NCBI RefSeq assembly: GCF_004010195.1
Contig: NC_057718.1
Span: 30,902,902-30,966,901 of the forward strand
Direction: 5' to 3'
Source: Chiloscyllium plagiosum
Taxonomy: Eukaryota
DNA length: 64,000 nt
Below the pieces are notes generated by a model. It worked only from the letters and a program-made list of their open reading frames with translations, searched no databases and was not told the DNA's origin. Each line of letters begins with the position of its first letter. The stretch's first letter is position 1. The translations under genes were made by a program, and so were the position numbers. Positions 37,803 to 51,392 of the stretch are shown here, one piece after another.

Positions 37803-39975
37803 GTAGAAGATAGGAGCAGGAATAGGCCATTCAACCCCTCAAGCTTGCTCTGCCATTCAATATGATCAGGGCTGGTCACCAAGCTCAGTAACCTAATCCC
37901 ACCTCTCCATGTATCCTTTGAACCATTTAGCCATAAGAGTGATATCTGCCTACTTCTTGAAAACACACAATGTTCTGGCCTCAACCATTTTCTGTGGTAG
38001 TGAATTCCACAGGTTCACTACTCTCTGGGTAAAGAAATTTCTCCTCATCGCAGACCTAAAAGGTTTACCCGATACCATTAAACTACAACCCCTGGTTCAG
38101 GACTCCCCCACCATTGTGAACATTTTTCCTGCATCTAACCCATCTAGTCCTGTTGAAATTTTATAGGTTTCAATTAGATACCCTCATTCTTCTAAGGTCT
38201 AAGAAATACAATCCTAAAAGTCTTAATATCTTCTCATACATATATTCTTATACAGGTAAGCTTTTCTGTACTCCCTCTGTACCAAGGACACCTCTCCTCA
38301 GATAAAGAGATGAAAACTGGACATAATATTCCAGGTGTGGCCTCACCAATGCCCTGTATGTTTGCAGCAAGACATCCTGTCCCAGAACTCTGATCTTCCT
38401 ACTATGAACGTCAGCAAACAGTTTGGCTTCTTTAGTGCCTGCTGCACCTGCATGCTTACTCTCAGCAACTAGTGCACAAGGACACCCAGATCTCATTCAG
38501 CATTCGCCTCTCTTACTTTACATCCATTCAAATAACAGCTCTCCTATTTTTTGGTGCCAAAGTGGATAACCTCAAATTTATACACATTGTATTGCATCAG
38601 CTATGCATTTGCTCACTCAGTCAGCCTGTCCAAATTGCACTGCAATATCGCTGCAGCCCCTCACAGCTCACCCTTCCACCCAGCTTTGTGTCACCTGCAA
38701 ATTCTGACATATTATATTTAGTTCCCTCATCTAGATCATTGACATATACTGTCAATAGCTCAGGTCCTAGTACTGATCGCAAAACTGTACCACGTCACTA
38801 CCTGCCATTCAGAAAATTACAAATTTATTTCTTTGTTTCCTGTTTGCTAACCAATTTTCTATCCATCTCAACATATTACCTTCAATTCCATGTGCTTTAA
38901 TGCCACACATTAATCTCTTAAACGGGATTTCATTGAAAGCTTTCTGCAAGTGCAAATAAAGCATGTCCATTGGCTCCCTGATCCAATCCTCAAAAAATTT
39001 GCCTTTTGTAAATCAACGCTGACTGTATCTGATTCTACCACTGTTTTCTAAGTGCTTTGCTATAAAACCACTGTTAATGGACTTCATCTTCCCCACTACT
39101 GGCGTCAGAATCACTGGTCTATAATAAGAAAAGTTAACATTTCAGGTACAGTGATCCTTCTTTAGATCTTCTGATATTTTTCTCCACAAATGTTGCCAGA
39201 CCTGTTGAGGTTCTCCAGCAATGTCTGTTTTTGTTTCTGATTTCCAGCATTACTTTGCTGGAAAAAGTAAAAATCAGAAATTTTTCTGATTTCTTTGTTT
39301 TATTTCCCAGTAATTAATTCTCTGTTTTCTCTCTAACACCCATTTTAAATAGAAGGGTTCATTAGCTACTTACAAACTATAGGAACTGTTCCAGTGTCTA
39401 AAGAATTTTGGAAGATGACCACTAATTAATCCATTTTTTTCTAGGGCCACTTCCTTAAGTACTCTGGGAAGCAGATCATCAGGCCCTGGGGATTTATCAG
39501 CCTTCAATCCCAATTCTCCATCACTATTTCTCCACTAATACAGATTTGTTTCAGTTCCTCCCTCTCACTCAACCCTGTGATCTCCATCATTTCTGGGATT
39601 TTATTCATGTCCTCTTTTGTGAAGACACTAGCAAAGTATGAATTTATATAATCAGCCATTTCTTGGTTCCTCATTATAAACGCCCTCTTTTCTGTCTGTA
39701 AGGGCCTAATTGGATTTCACTTATCTTTTTCTCTTTTCATACATATAGAAACATTGAAGATTAGTTTTTATGTTCCCCACAAGCTTCCCCTTAAACTATT
39801 TTATCCTTCTTAACCAATCCCTTGGTCCTCTTTTGCAGACTTCAAAACTGTTCCCAATCCTCAGGTCTGTTGCTTTTTTCTTGCCAATTTACATGCCTCT
39901 TTTTGCATCTAATACTATATCTAACTTCACTTATAAGCCATGGTTTAGCCATTGTTTTCTTTGCACTTTTGTGCC
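37803..39975 (-). mobile_element. CR1 LINE nested in opposite orientation
   Basis: ORF 38248-38496 LLQTYRALVRPHLEYYVQF; 3' UTR at 37803-37900; DKSPGPD-like region at ~39480. Confidence 0.88.
39126..39305. mobile_element. Family C Penelope-derived fragment inside CR1
   Basis: AGTTAACATTTC..AGTGATCCTTC and TCTCCACAAATGTTGCCAGACCTGTTGAG..TTTTGTTTCTGATTTCCAGCA, homologous to 63655-63908. Confidence 0.75.
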
Positions 39976-41829
39976 AAGTTTTAATCAGCAAAAGAATCAA
40001 GAGTAATGGGGAAAAGGCAGGGACGAACTTTAGGATTTTCAAAACAGCTATGATTTCATTGAAAGGCAGAGACTGAGGAGTCTGAATAGCCTACTTCTGC
40101 TCTTGAATCCTAAGGTCATGTCGTTGTTTCCTTTGAATGCCAAACGAAGACAGGTGCACTTCACTGTGAATAATAATGCTATTAGAAATTTTCTAAGGTA
40201 TATGCAGTTGCTAAAGAAACTAGCTTGTCAAAGACATGGTCTGTTTCTTGTGATTATGATTGTATTCAGACTTTAACAGCATGTCATTGTTAAATTGCAC
40301 ATCTATGTCACTGACCTTCGACCTTCAGCAATGTTTCCTGGCTATGTGATTCACAGGAATTGCAAATTCAAGAGTGCTAATCACAAGTACACAAATAGTA
40401 TAATAGTGACACTATCATTGCTGTAAAAATGTAAAGACATTTGAAGCGATGGACCCAATAGGGTTATTCATAATGTGACCAAACAAGGTGATAATCAGCT
40501 TGTAAATCCTTCCTTTGACAAGTGGTAAAAGTGGAAAAGTTTCCTGGCCAGCTTTCCTGCAGAAGGCAGTGGCAAACCAAGTATAATCATGGCCAATCCA
40601 ATGGAGGTCCATGGGTGTCAATAGCTTCTGAAGACCATAATAATTGCAATAATATCATGTTTAGTTTATCATTTTTTACAATATTTCAATCCTGGTGTTA
40701 CTGGACTGTGAATTTATTTAGAGAGGTCTTCAGGACGATAATTTACTGCAAATGTTTCCAACAGGCTAGTCTGAATTAATCAATTTCACATCAATCCTTT
40801 TGATTTTCACAACGTGCCTTCATGTGGGAAGCCACTGACTCCATTTAACACCTCCTCACAAAGAAGGACTTCAGACCACAAGCTCAGAGGTGCCTTTGTA
40901 AGTTATACGTGGTGCAGGTTCAAATATCTTAGTTATGCTTCTTGTACTGGCACTGAGTTATCAGATCCCATCCTGAGCATGTTTCAATGGCATCATTTTC
41001 TCTGGACCAAGGAAAGGAAACAGGTCTCGAACGCCTAACACCTATCCCGGGAAACTTGCTGAAGTACATATGCAGATGTTTGGGCATGTGTGAATGTGTA
41101 TGTTTGTGTATATCTAAAAGGAAGCAGTCTGGCATTTGACGCCTGTGATCAAATAGCTGCACTCTATTTAATCGCAAAGAATAAGTGAGGCCCCTTAGGC
41201 AGTTAATGCCTACGCTTTTGTAGAAAAGTTTTTTTTAAAATAACGAATCTGACACATGAGGAGCTGGTAAGAACGCGTCATAACTTCTTTAGCTCATGTT
41301 TTAACCCGGGAAAATGACTTCATAGATCAGTTCAGAGCCATTGCAGTTTAAGGCGAAAATAACAAATATGTTTTTGCTGTGAAATGTCATTATAAATCGT
41401 GAGACCGCACTGAGTACAAAACTGTGTGTGGTATTGCTAGTGAAGGGACGAGTCTGCAACCTTGCACCCCTTGTATATTATATGCAACCCTTTCAACATG
41501 CTTATTTGATCAAATGTGAAGGACTTGACAGCTAGGTCTATTCTGCCCTGTACATGCTCACATTGGCGTCTGTCAAAGATCTTTTGAAATGCTTCCAAGT
41601 GATTGTGCTGGAAGAGGGCAGCTGTACTTCACCTTGGCACTTTTGTTTCCCTGAGCACGTGACAGCTGGAATCTCAGTAATCAGTACACTTGAAACGGAA
41701 ATGCAAACCCAAAACCCCACAATCTCACAAATGTAATTAAATAAACATCTTCAGTTTACAAATACCTCACTGCGCTGTTTTGAACGGCTGGATGGCTATT
41801 TGAAAATGCTCAACCATGCTTCCGGTTAC

Positions 41830-42154
41830 ATCTTCAAGTGTTCTTTCTGTGCTTCTTCCACTCTCATTCACCCTTCTCACATCTTTTTTTGGAGTGTTCT
41901 ACATTTACCCTCCGTTTCTCCTCATGTCCCTTTCGTCATCCCATTACTTCACTTTCTCTTTCCTCCTTTCTGTTTTCCTTCCATTATTTTTTATCTTCCT
42001 CAGCCTCCTCCACCTCTCTTGCTCTCCCTCCTCTGTCAGATTCACTCAGGTTTTTCCAGAGGTCAGTTTCGGTCTATGCATCTTCTCCCTCTGTCCCCGT
42101 TACCTCTCTCAGCGCTGCGTCCTTTTCTATTTCTCCACCTATTTCATTTTACAG
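41830..42154 (+). repeat. Polypyrimidine low-complexity tract
   Basis: About 320 nt dominated by C/T, ending TTTCATTTTACAG. Confidence 0.85.
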
Positions 42155-42279
42155 TTATGACACTGAATAGCACTACCGTTTGACAACTAGTTATCGCATT
42201 GGGGCTTAAAGGGAGCAGTTCAATTTGCTACTCCCTAAAGGAAGCGGTAAATAATACTTCTCCACCGGATACAATAGCA

Positions 42280-43400
42280 AGACCCCGGATTTGAGCAGTG
42301 AAGAGATGCTTAAATAAGCTAATGCGGCCCACTGGCCTCTCCGGAGTCAGCCCGCCGCTGCCTCGGGAGCTAGTCTCAGTTTATCTTTCACCCCGCCCCC
42401 ATCGCTAGACACAGGGATAAATGGTACCATTTCCTCTTTTACAGGTACATACACATTGAACTCTCGGATCTTTCCAACCAAGTGCTCCCTCCAAGACACT
42501 AACAAAGAGTTCCATTCTAAGAATGGATCCCTCTCGGTGGATCAAACCCACTTCATTAGGTGTTTTCTGTTGAGATAAATGGAATGACTTCCTGTGCTGA
42601 AATGTGTCGCTTGGCTGTTTGGGACAACATCGAAAGATCTCGAATTCGCTTTTGAGTTTATTTTTATTGGTTTATTGTATTAACCGTTTCGGATATTATC
42701 CTCGTATTTAACCACTTCCTCTCTTTTACAATTTAATATTTTTTGTATGTGATTGAAGTAGTATTTCGGGATAATTAATCAGAATTGGTGTAGTTTTCAT
42801 ACTTAAACGGGTCGGAAGTCCGGTCTAGTGAGCCTGTACACATTTTTATTTGGCGTTTCTCTGAAAGGACAGATCTTCTGAAACAGATGGTTTTATTTTC
42901 TTATCCTGGTCTTCTAACATTTTTAACTCGATCCTTGGATTAGTTCACTTTAATTGCCAGATACAAAGATTTTTTTTTCATTTTGGACCTGAGCGTTAGT
43001 TTTGTTTAAATCGCAATGTAAGAATGAAATGAGTTGGTTGGCAAAAACTGATTTTTTTTTGCATCAGGATTGTTTATGAATTTTGTCTTGCCAACTTCTT
43101 CCTGTAACTGCACGAGAAAGACTCCGACTGAAACTGTCTCCATTTGTTCCTCAGAGCTTTGCATTTCGATGCTAAGCGGTTTATTAATCCAGCGGTCAGA
43201 TGTTGTAATTCCTCCTCTCGTAATGGTCACACAATAAGTTAAGGGTCTGAACTGATGCGAGCGATCCTGTCTGCGGCAGGAAATAGGTTAAAACTGAGAG
43301 AATTTCACCATTCACTCGTGGTTCCTTTCAGCCGTCGGCACACGCAGTAACATTCAGATACATTGAGAGAACAGAGTGTCGTTGGAGGAAAGCGGGAAAG
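42280..43400. promoter_or_regulatory. CpG-enriched promoter/enhancer-like region
   Basis: Repeat-free and CpG-retaining; GC box CCCCGCCCCC at ~42390, ETS-type CGGAAGT at ~42813. Confidence 0.4.
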
Positions 43401-43957
43401 ATGAACGCTGTTGCACTTTACCATTCATTCTACTTTGACAGGTGTGAGAGGGTGATGGTTTAGATTGAATAAGTCAAAAATTAAAACTGTTGCATGGGCT
43501 TTCGGAAACCAATGCTTGCAATAAAATCATTCGAATGGGTAAATGAACAGGGAGTCTTGAATCCAAGTATTCGTGTTTACAATCAAAGGAGATCGTGATT
43601 ATTTTATTTTGCTGTCAAGTAATCATGCAACCCTGGTAACTTCCATTTGTGTTAATGTTGGAACAATTACCATCCGTGGAACTGGTAACTCTACAGTTCT
43701 GAGACATCATCTTTGAGAAAAATTCTGTAAACATTTGAATGCATATTATGAAGCTACAATCCCCAGTTTGTCACATTTTGATATGGCCTACAGGATAATC
43801 TTTTTATTTTATCACCTTCAATTAAATATCACGGCATAATAATATACTACCTTGCATTTTGATGACTTCATGTTATTATGTATCCCATGCCTTTGCCATA
43901 GCTACCAACATTAGGCAAGGCAGCAAACTACTCGGTGAACTTCCAACAAGAGTATAG

Positions 43958-44350
43958 TTTGCATTTATAGTCACCACAGGATCTCCAAGTCAATTAAATA
44001 CTTTGGAAGTTTAATCAATGTTTTAACATAGGAAGAATGCAACCTTGTTGACAACAAGCTTCCTACAATGGCAAGTAAATTAATGGCCAAACCTCTTGTT
44101 TTTAAGTGTTGGTTCAAGAGATAACTGTTGGCCAGCCCATTAGCACACCAGTAACAATGCCTTTAGATAATTGACTTTCACCTGAGAAGATCAACTGGAC
44201 TTCTGCTAAATCTCACGAGAAGGATGACATTTTTCACAGTGTAACACTGCCTCACTACAGAACACAAGGGCCAGGTTTTGTGCTCAAATCTCGAGCATGA
44301 GTCTTGAATCAATAACCTTCGATCACAAAGATGAGAATGCTATCCATGAA
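43958..44350 (-). mobile_element. Deu-domain tRNA SINE (SacSINE1/AmnSINE-like)
   Basis: Reverse-complement homolog of 61462-61908 (CACCTGAGA, CAGTGTAACACT..CTCA, GTGCTCAA.TC). Confidence 0.65.
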
Positions 44351-44839
44351 AGAAGGATGACACTACATTTATTTACTGGGAGTGGCAGGGGTGAGGTGGC
44401 TGTTAAATCTAAATATTAAGCCAAAGCCTGCTTTGAATCCATGTTCATACCCTACACAAAACATTTGGGTACTGTAAAAGGATTGAATTAAAATAGCTAT
44501 TACATAGCCACGAGACCAGACAAATACATGGTCAACTAGCTCCAAAAAGAGGAATTATGCTAGAAATTATCTTAGAATTAGCAAGAATTAAAGTTTATAA
44601 AACTGAGAGCAATGTATTGATCTGGTTGGGCAACAATAGAAGACAGCAATAGGAGTGTTAATTATGCACCCTAATTGGCTAAGAGTGACTTGTAATATCT
44701 TCAAAACCTCAACCTTTCATTATATGTTTTAATGCCTTTGATAACACAATAGAAATGTGTATGATAAAATATTCAATTACTGGAAATCTGAAATAAAATT
44801 TGAAAAGTTTGGAAATACTCAGCAGGCAATTTCAACACA

Positions 44840-45670
44840 AGTGAGCATGAGGTCATCCATTTTTATAGGAAAAACGATAGATCTATACATTATTTAAATG
44901 ATAAAAAGCTAGTAATAGTGGACTTTTAAAAGCTTTGTAACTGTGTAAATAAACCACTACAATGCAGAAGTTGAGTACAGAAATAATCAAAAAGCTAATG
45001 AAGTGTTAGCATTCATAACTGTAGAGGAAAATAAGTTTTTCTAAAGCTTTATAAAGCTGTTGTTATACTACATCTGGACTACTTTGTATAGTTGTACAAC
45101 ACACTTTGGATGATATATTTTGGCTTGAAAGGAATGCAACACTAACCAGAAAGTGACCTAGTTTATATTATGAAGTATAGATTATGAAGAAAAATATATA
45201 TAAGCCAGGTTTGTATCCAATGGAATAAAGGATAATGAGGATAATTTGATTGAGGGTACAGTATTGCAAAGAAATTGACAGGACATAATTACAGAAATCC
45301 TTTTCTACTGGCGGGAGAATCTAGGACAAGGGACATAACCATCAAATTCAAGGCAAGCCTGCAATAGAAAGGTTTGTTAACACAAGGTGTGGTAGATGTC
45401 TGGAACTTTGTGCCACAAAAAGCAATACATTTAGTTCAATTAATCAAGTCAATCTGAGGTCAATAGATTTTGCAGGACAAGCATTGAAAAGGAAATTGAT
45501 TATGGCAAATAATTGAGGTTGGGGTACAAATTTTCCATTGGCTCATTAGGGACACTGCCTGAAGGCTGAGTTGAAGTTCCACCTGCTTGAGTTGTGTAAT
45601 AACATCTCTGAATAGGTTGGTTAGAAAATATCTCCATTATATCACTGAATGTTGAAACAGGCTTGAGAGC
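44840..45670 (+). mobile_element. Very decayed CR1 3' portion
   Basis: LYKAVVILHLDY, ESRTRGHN, TQGVVDVWN remnants. Confidence 0.65.
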
Positions 45671-45679
45671 TCTTTGATT

Positions 45680-47790
45680 CTAAAGACATGTTATCATGCA
45701 GAATGAGGCCATTTTGACTTGTGGCCATCTTCTACTTTTTCCCTATAACCCTCCAAATTGTTTATATTTAAATAATCATCCAGTGTTCTCTTGAATGCTT
45801 CAATTGAACCTGCCTCCAGCACATTTCTAGGCAGTGTAAACCATTCCTATCTATGTGAATGGAGAATTTGTTTCTTTTGCAAAACCCTTTAAATCTGCAC
45901 CCCCTGGTTCTTTATCATTTTCTGACTGGGAACAGTTTCCCCCTAGGTACTCTGTCCAGGCCCATCATGATTTTGAAAACTTTACCAAATCTCCTCTGAG
46001 TCTTCTCCTCACCAAGGAAAGCAATCCAAACCTCGCCATTTCATTCTCATAACTGAAGGTTCTCATACCTGGAAGCATTGTTGTAAACCTCTTTTGCACT
46101 TTCTCCAATGCATTCAATCCTTTTTAAAGTGTGGTTCCCAGTCGTGCACATTGTGTTCCAGCTGGGTCTAATTTGTGTCTTATTTAAGTCCAGTATAATT
46201 TCCTTGCTTTTGTACTTTATGCATCTCATAATAAAGGCTAGGCCCTGCATGTAGCAATTCTCTCTACCTATCTTGCCACCTTTAATAATTTATTTACTTA
46301 TACCCTTCACCACAGCATCCATTATTTTATACTGTGTCTCCATGTTCTTTGTACCAAATTGTATCACCTCACACTTTTCTGTACTCTTCCTTTGCCAACT
46401 ATCTGCCCACCTACCAATTTGCTTAGGCTGTTTTAGATCTTTACACTGTCCTTTTCACAGTTTAGAATCAACAAAGGTGGCACAGGAAAACCATAGTAGG
46501 TCACACAGCATCTGAAGAGCCAGTTGATGTTTTGCGAATCTCTTCTCACAGTTTGCAATGCTTAAAATTGCCTATATCTGAAAACTTTGAAATCATCATT
46601 TATGAGAAGATCTAGATCACTTATACGTACCATAAAAACCAATGGTCCCAGTGCCTACACGAGAAATCACCACACCACATGGTTCTTCAGTCCAAAATAT
46701 GCCATTAACCATCACTCTCTGTTTCCTAGACCTCAGTCAATTTTGAAACCATTTTTCTACTGACCCCTTTTATTCTATGAATTATAACTTATCTTACAAA
46801 ATCTATTGTGTGGCATTGTATTGAACACCATTGACAAATTCATGTACCACACATCACCAGCTTTGCTTTCATCAACCCTCTCTGTTGCTTCTTCAAAAAC
46901 ACTCCAGCAAGTTAGTCACACATGATTTTCCCTAATAGCTCCATGCTGGCTCTTCTGGGTTAATCCACATTTTTCCAATAGACAATTAATTCCATCCCCA
47001 GTAATTGTTTATACAAGTTTCCGCATTATCAAGGCTAAAGTGACTGGCCTATAATTGCTGGGATTCTTTATGATCTGTTTTGAACAAATGCATAATGTTT
47101 GCAATTCTCCAATCCTCTGGCACCATTCCTGAATCCAGGGAAGATTTAAAGATTATTGCCAGTGCCTCTGCAGTTTCCACTCTCACCTCCTTCAATATTC
47201 TTGAATTCATCTCATCTGATCCCAGTGTCTTGTCAACAAGTATCAAGAGCTTATTTAATACCTCCTCCTTATCAATTTTAAATCTTCCTAGTGACTGAGT
47301 TTCTTTCTCTGTCACTGTGATCTGGGCAGCTTCTGCCCATTAAGGACAGATGCAAAGTGTGCATTAAGCACTTCTACCATGCCTCTTGCCTCATTGTGTA
47401 AATCTCCTATATTATCTTGAATCAATCCTATTCCTTTTTTTTGCCACCTTTTTACTGTTTATATACCTCAGAATACTTTGAAATTTCATTTTATGTTAGT
47501 TTCTGGTCTTTTCTCAATCCCACTTTGCTTCTATTTTTTTTGTTTCTTCACTTATCTTCTGAATCTTCTGTATTCAGCTTAATTCTCAGTTGTATTTAGT
47601 ACCTGACATAGTCACAGACACTTTCTGTTCTTTTAACGTGTTCACTATTTCCTGTGCCTTCTAAGGAGCTCTTGATTTCTTTCCCCTACTTTCCCACTTG
47701 AGGGAATATGTCATGACTGTACATGATTTATCTCCATTGTTCAGCTACAGCTTTTCCTGCCAACATTGGTTCCACTCTACTCCAGACCCT
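45680..47790 (-). mobile_element. Decayed CR1
   Basis: ORF 47049-47315 RILKEVRVE.AEALAIIFKSSLDSGMVPEDWRIANI..LFK. Confidence 0.85.
46464..46541. mobile_element. Short Penelope-derived-like insertion with a 13-bp imperfect target-site duplication
   Basis: CTTTTCACAGTTT (46451-46463) versus CTTCTCACAGTTT (46542-46554); insert contains AGGTCACACAGCATCTG. Confidence 0.6.
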
Positions 47791-48639
47791 ATCTTCATAT
47801 GAACATATTTTAGAAGGTGCTTTTCTCTGTTACTGAGTCTTTGCTATGATCTATTTGTTGTGAGTCAAATATCGATAAAAAATATTAATGGCCTCAAAAC
47901 ACTACATTCTGTTCTATTTGAATATGGCAATGTAATAGTCATACCTTGATGGAATAATAGTGAGTGTTGATATACCCTGCCACATTTTCATATATTATCA
48001 GATGCAAAAATTCAAACATGTTGTGAGAAATCTATATTCTTTCACACATTACTCAGCTAACATTAATAATTTGTATTATCTGTTCATTGCATTCTATGTT
48101 AGAGCAGGTCCTACAGATACCTCAAATCACACACAGGAGGTTCTCAGGTGACTGGGAAAGAATGGTTGAAGTGACTTCTCATTGTTTTGTTTAATGGTTC
48201 ATACTTCAAATGTACTTTTTCCTCAACAGACTACCACAGGTCTAAAGAACTCCACCCACCCATTTTGCTGGGGAATTCCACATACCAGATTGATACAAGC
48301 AGTCCCATTGGTCAACAGCCCAACAATGAAAGCGAGTTACCCAGATTATATTTACTGCATTGACTGGAGCAAGACCTAATTCAGACATTTCTAATCGATA
48401 GGTAGGAATATGACCACAGAACCTATGGTCATTATCCATACATATGCAAATATCTGATAGCATTTCAAGACTAAATATTATATACTAAATACTATAGACT
48501 AAATACTAAACCCAATATTTAGAAACTATATTCAAGTCTCCATCCTGGACTTTTTGAATGTGGACTAAATCCAGCACCTACTTTCTACCTCAGCAGTAGG
48601 ATTGCTGAACCAATTGCTACTTTGCATGACTGCAAATAT

Positions 48640-49750
48640 CTGACAAGATGTCAATCCAACACTTTGACATCTATTGCACAGACTGACAGGTGAGGAGGAT
48701 ATGAATAAACTCAAGGCTAACCTATTAAGTACTGTATCATTGGACAGAAATTCAAATCTCTTTCACACATTACTGGAGACTAGGACACTACTTGCTATAT
48801 TTTCATGGTATGTTATCATAAAAGTATATTCACAATTATAGCCTGTCACGTTTTGTGACATACCATCAGATAATAATGCATATATTCTGCCAGATTGCAA
48901 TGATACGTTATTTGAAAAATACAAGCACCAAGTAGCTCTTTTTGATTTTTTAAAAATAATAATATTGTGTTCACTCACACTTTAATGACATATCACTAAG
49001 ATGGCATAATTCTTTATCATAGTTTGTTGACATATTTCGGCAAGGTAACATGTATATTTTGTCTCGCTTTCTGCATTCTGAATAATAACTCATGTTCAGT
49101 GTTACACTTGTGACATTGTCAGAGAATAAATACTTGTGTTCTGTCACAGCTTGGTGACATACTGCTGGGTAATACATAAATCCTGCAGCACTTGGTAATA
49201 AAATATATATTGTCAGACTTTTATGACTTTATTGGGTATTACAACACATCTTACTCTTGTCATGCTTTGTTGACATTCTGCTGGGCATAGCAGACATGGT
49301 CTAATACCTGCCACAGTTTAACTTATTACAAGCTAATAATGTCAAACTTTGACATAATGTAACTGAACAATATATTTATCACACTTCAAAGATATATTAC
49401 TGAATATCTTACACGCATGTTCAGTCACTGTTAAGTATTGCTGCAGTTTATTAGTAACATATATGCACTGTATTTTTGATGCTATATTACTTTGTATACT
49501 TAGATGTATGTTATTGCACTACTAGATGAAATATAATCGATAGTTTCAATAGTTCATGTTTGATAATATTTTGCTTTGCAGTTCTGCCAGTATATTTTGT
49601 CATCCTTTGATGTCAAAACAATGAAACCTTGCGACAGTTTCAATATACATTACGAGTCAATGGTTGGGATGTATGTAACGCATTTTTCACATTAGTGACA
49701 TATTTTCAGGTAATAACACGGGCCCTAGTAGTGCTCGATGACCTGTCACT
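48640..49750. repeat. Degenerate AT-rich repeat with recurrent TGTCA-N(5-11)-TGACA mini-palindromes
   Basis: 21 TGACA/TGTCA pentamers counted by eye in ~1.1 kb. Confidence 0.65.
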
Positions 49751-51309
49751 AACTGGTATCATTCGCTGGTGAAAAACAGAGTAAGAGATATTGCTCGCAA
49801 GGGTGTCTACAATTAACGATGCTGCTGATTAGCTTTATTTAATTGCACACTTTCTCAGGTAACAGGGTAACACATTGAGAGTGCGCGGTCAGTAGCTGAC
49901 CTTTATTGTAGACAGGAAGCAACAGCTTATTTATACTATGCCGGGCTGATAGTTTATATAGCAATTAGAAGGTAACCTCTTGCATTGTCTAACTTTCTAA
50001 AAATTAAATGCAGAATGACTTCTGTTCTATGAAATTCGACAGTGCCTAAAGATTAAACGGAATGAAAGATAGAAATGACATTAGTATTAAATTATATTTT
50101 GTTCGATGACGCAATAATATTGATTATGTTCCCGTTTGGCAAGAGCTCACACAAGGAAAACAAACATTTGGGGTGGCTGATGACATAGTCGGGAGAGAGC
50201 TGCTGTGAAGAGGCTGAGCACATCCCCTGCAGGAAGGAAGTGGATTCTGGAGAAGGAAAACAAAAGATGGCAGCCGCTCTGACCGCAGTTTGAACCAGAC
50301 CTCATCGCCACCCAGCTGCTTCCCAGCAACTTCCCATTACCTTTACATGACACTTTACCCCCTTCTATCAATAATAGTCGTCAATGTGTTCTCTTAATTA
50401 AAAAAGTAAATATCAAGTTAGACACACAACTCAGGCTCACTCTTGTGTAATTGTAGAATAAATGTTTTAGAAGCTAGCATTCTTACAATACAATGACCTT
50501 TGGTGATTAGACCCGTTATATCGATGTATTAACAGCTTTGTTCCTCTTATTTCCTCCCCGAGTCTCACGAAGAGCATTTCCAGAGAAGGCAGGGACTTGT
50601 TTGTACGGAAATCGAAAACATTGTAAAGAAAATTCAGCTTTAAATTAATAAAGTCTTTACACATCCGCACAATTTGCTGAAACAAATTAATACATCTCAG
50701 CTAAAAAGACTGGGGAATGCAAGCTTGCATTTCTCCCCACTCGGAAGGCCAAAGCGATTGACACCAAACCGCTACTACAGTCCTATCAACACGTTTAAAA
50801 TAGTTAACACAACTTACCGAAAAGCTCATTGGGCGGCCTTCATCTAACTTTGCTGTATACAAAACTCCAACTTGGTCACAAGTTCTCACTACGTTTGCTA
50901 TATTTCTGTGCAGCTTATTAGATAACGATGTTTGAAAATCAGAACAGGCAGATACTGCAGTTTGCACTTGACCGTAGAAATCAAGCTCAAATTAATCAAG
51001 AACAAGTTGCACTATCACAAACCTTTGAGAAAGCAATTTCTTTAAAATAACACAACAGAACAAACAAAATAAACGCATTTTCTTTGAAAGTGCATCCATC
51101 ATTTCCAATATCCCAGAAAACAAGACTGTAATGTTTTACTGCCAATCTTGAACGCTTTACAAAAAAACAAAGTTGTTAAAATTGCGTACTACGCGCTATG
51201 TATTTATATTAATCTATCATGGGGCTTGTGTGAAACTAGTATGCATAAATAAATTGTCCTCATATTTATGTTTTGAAATGTTATCAACGCAGGGCATCAA
51301 TAAATAATT

Positions 51310-51392
51310 CTGGATTAGTGGTGCTGGAAAAGCACAGCAGTTCAGGCAACATCCGAGGAGCAGTAAAATCGACGTTTCGAGCAAAAGCCCTC
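51310..51392 (-). mobile_element. Family A Penelope-terminal-repeat fragment
   Basis: Reverse complement reads CTGAGGGCTTTTGCTCGAAACGTCGATTTTACTGCTCCTCGGATG..CTGCTGTGCTTTTCCAGCACCAC. Confidence 0.85.

Noticed and set aside
41800..42183. Three overlapping 110-127 aa ORFs rich in F/L/S/P
   Set aside because: Artefact of a polypyrimidine tract that lacks stop codons; no domain signal.
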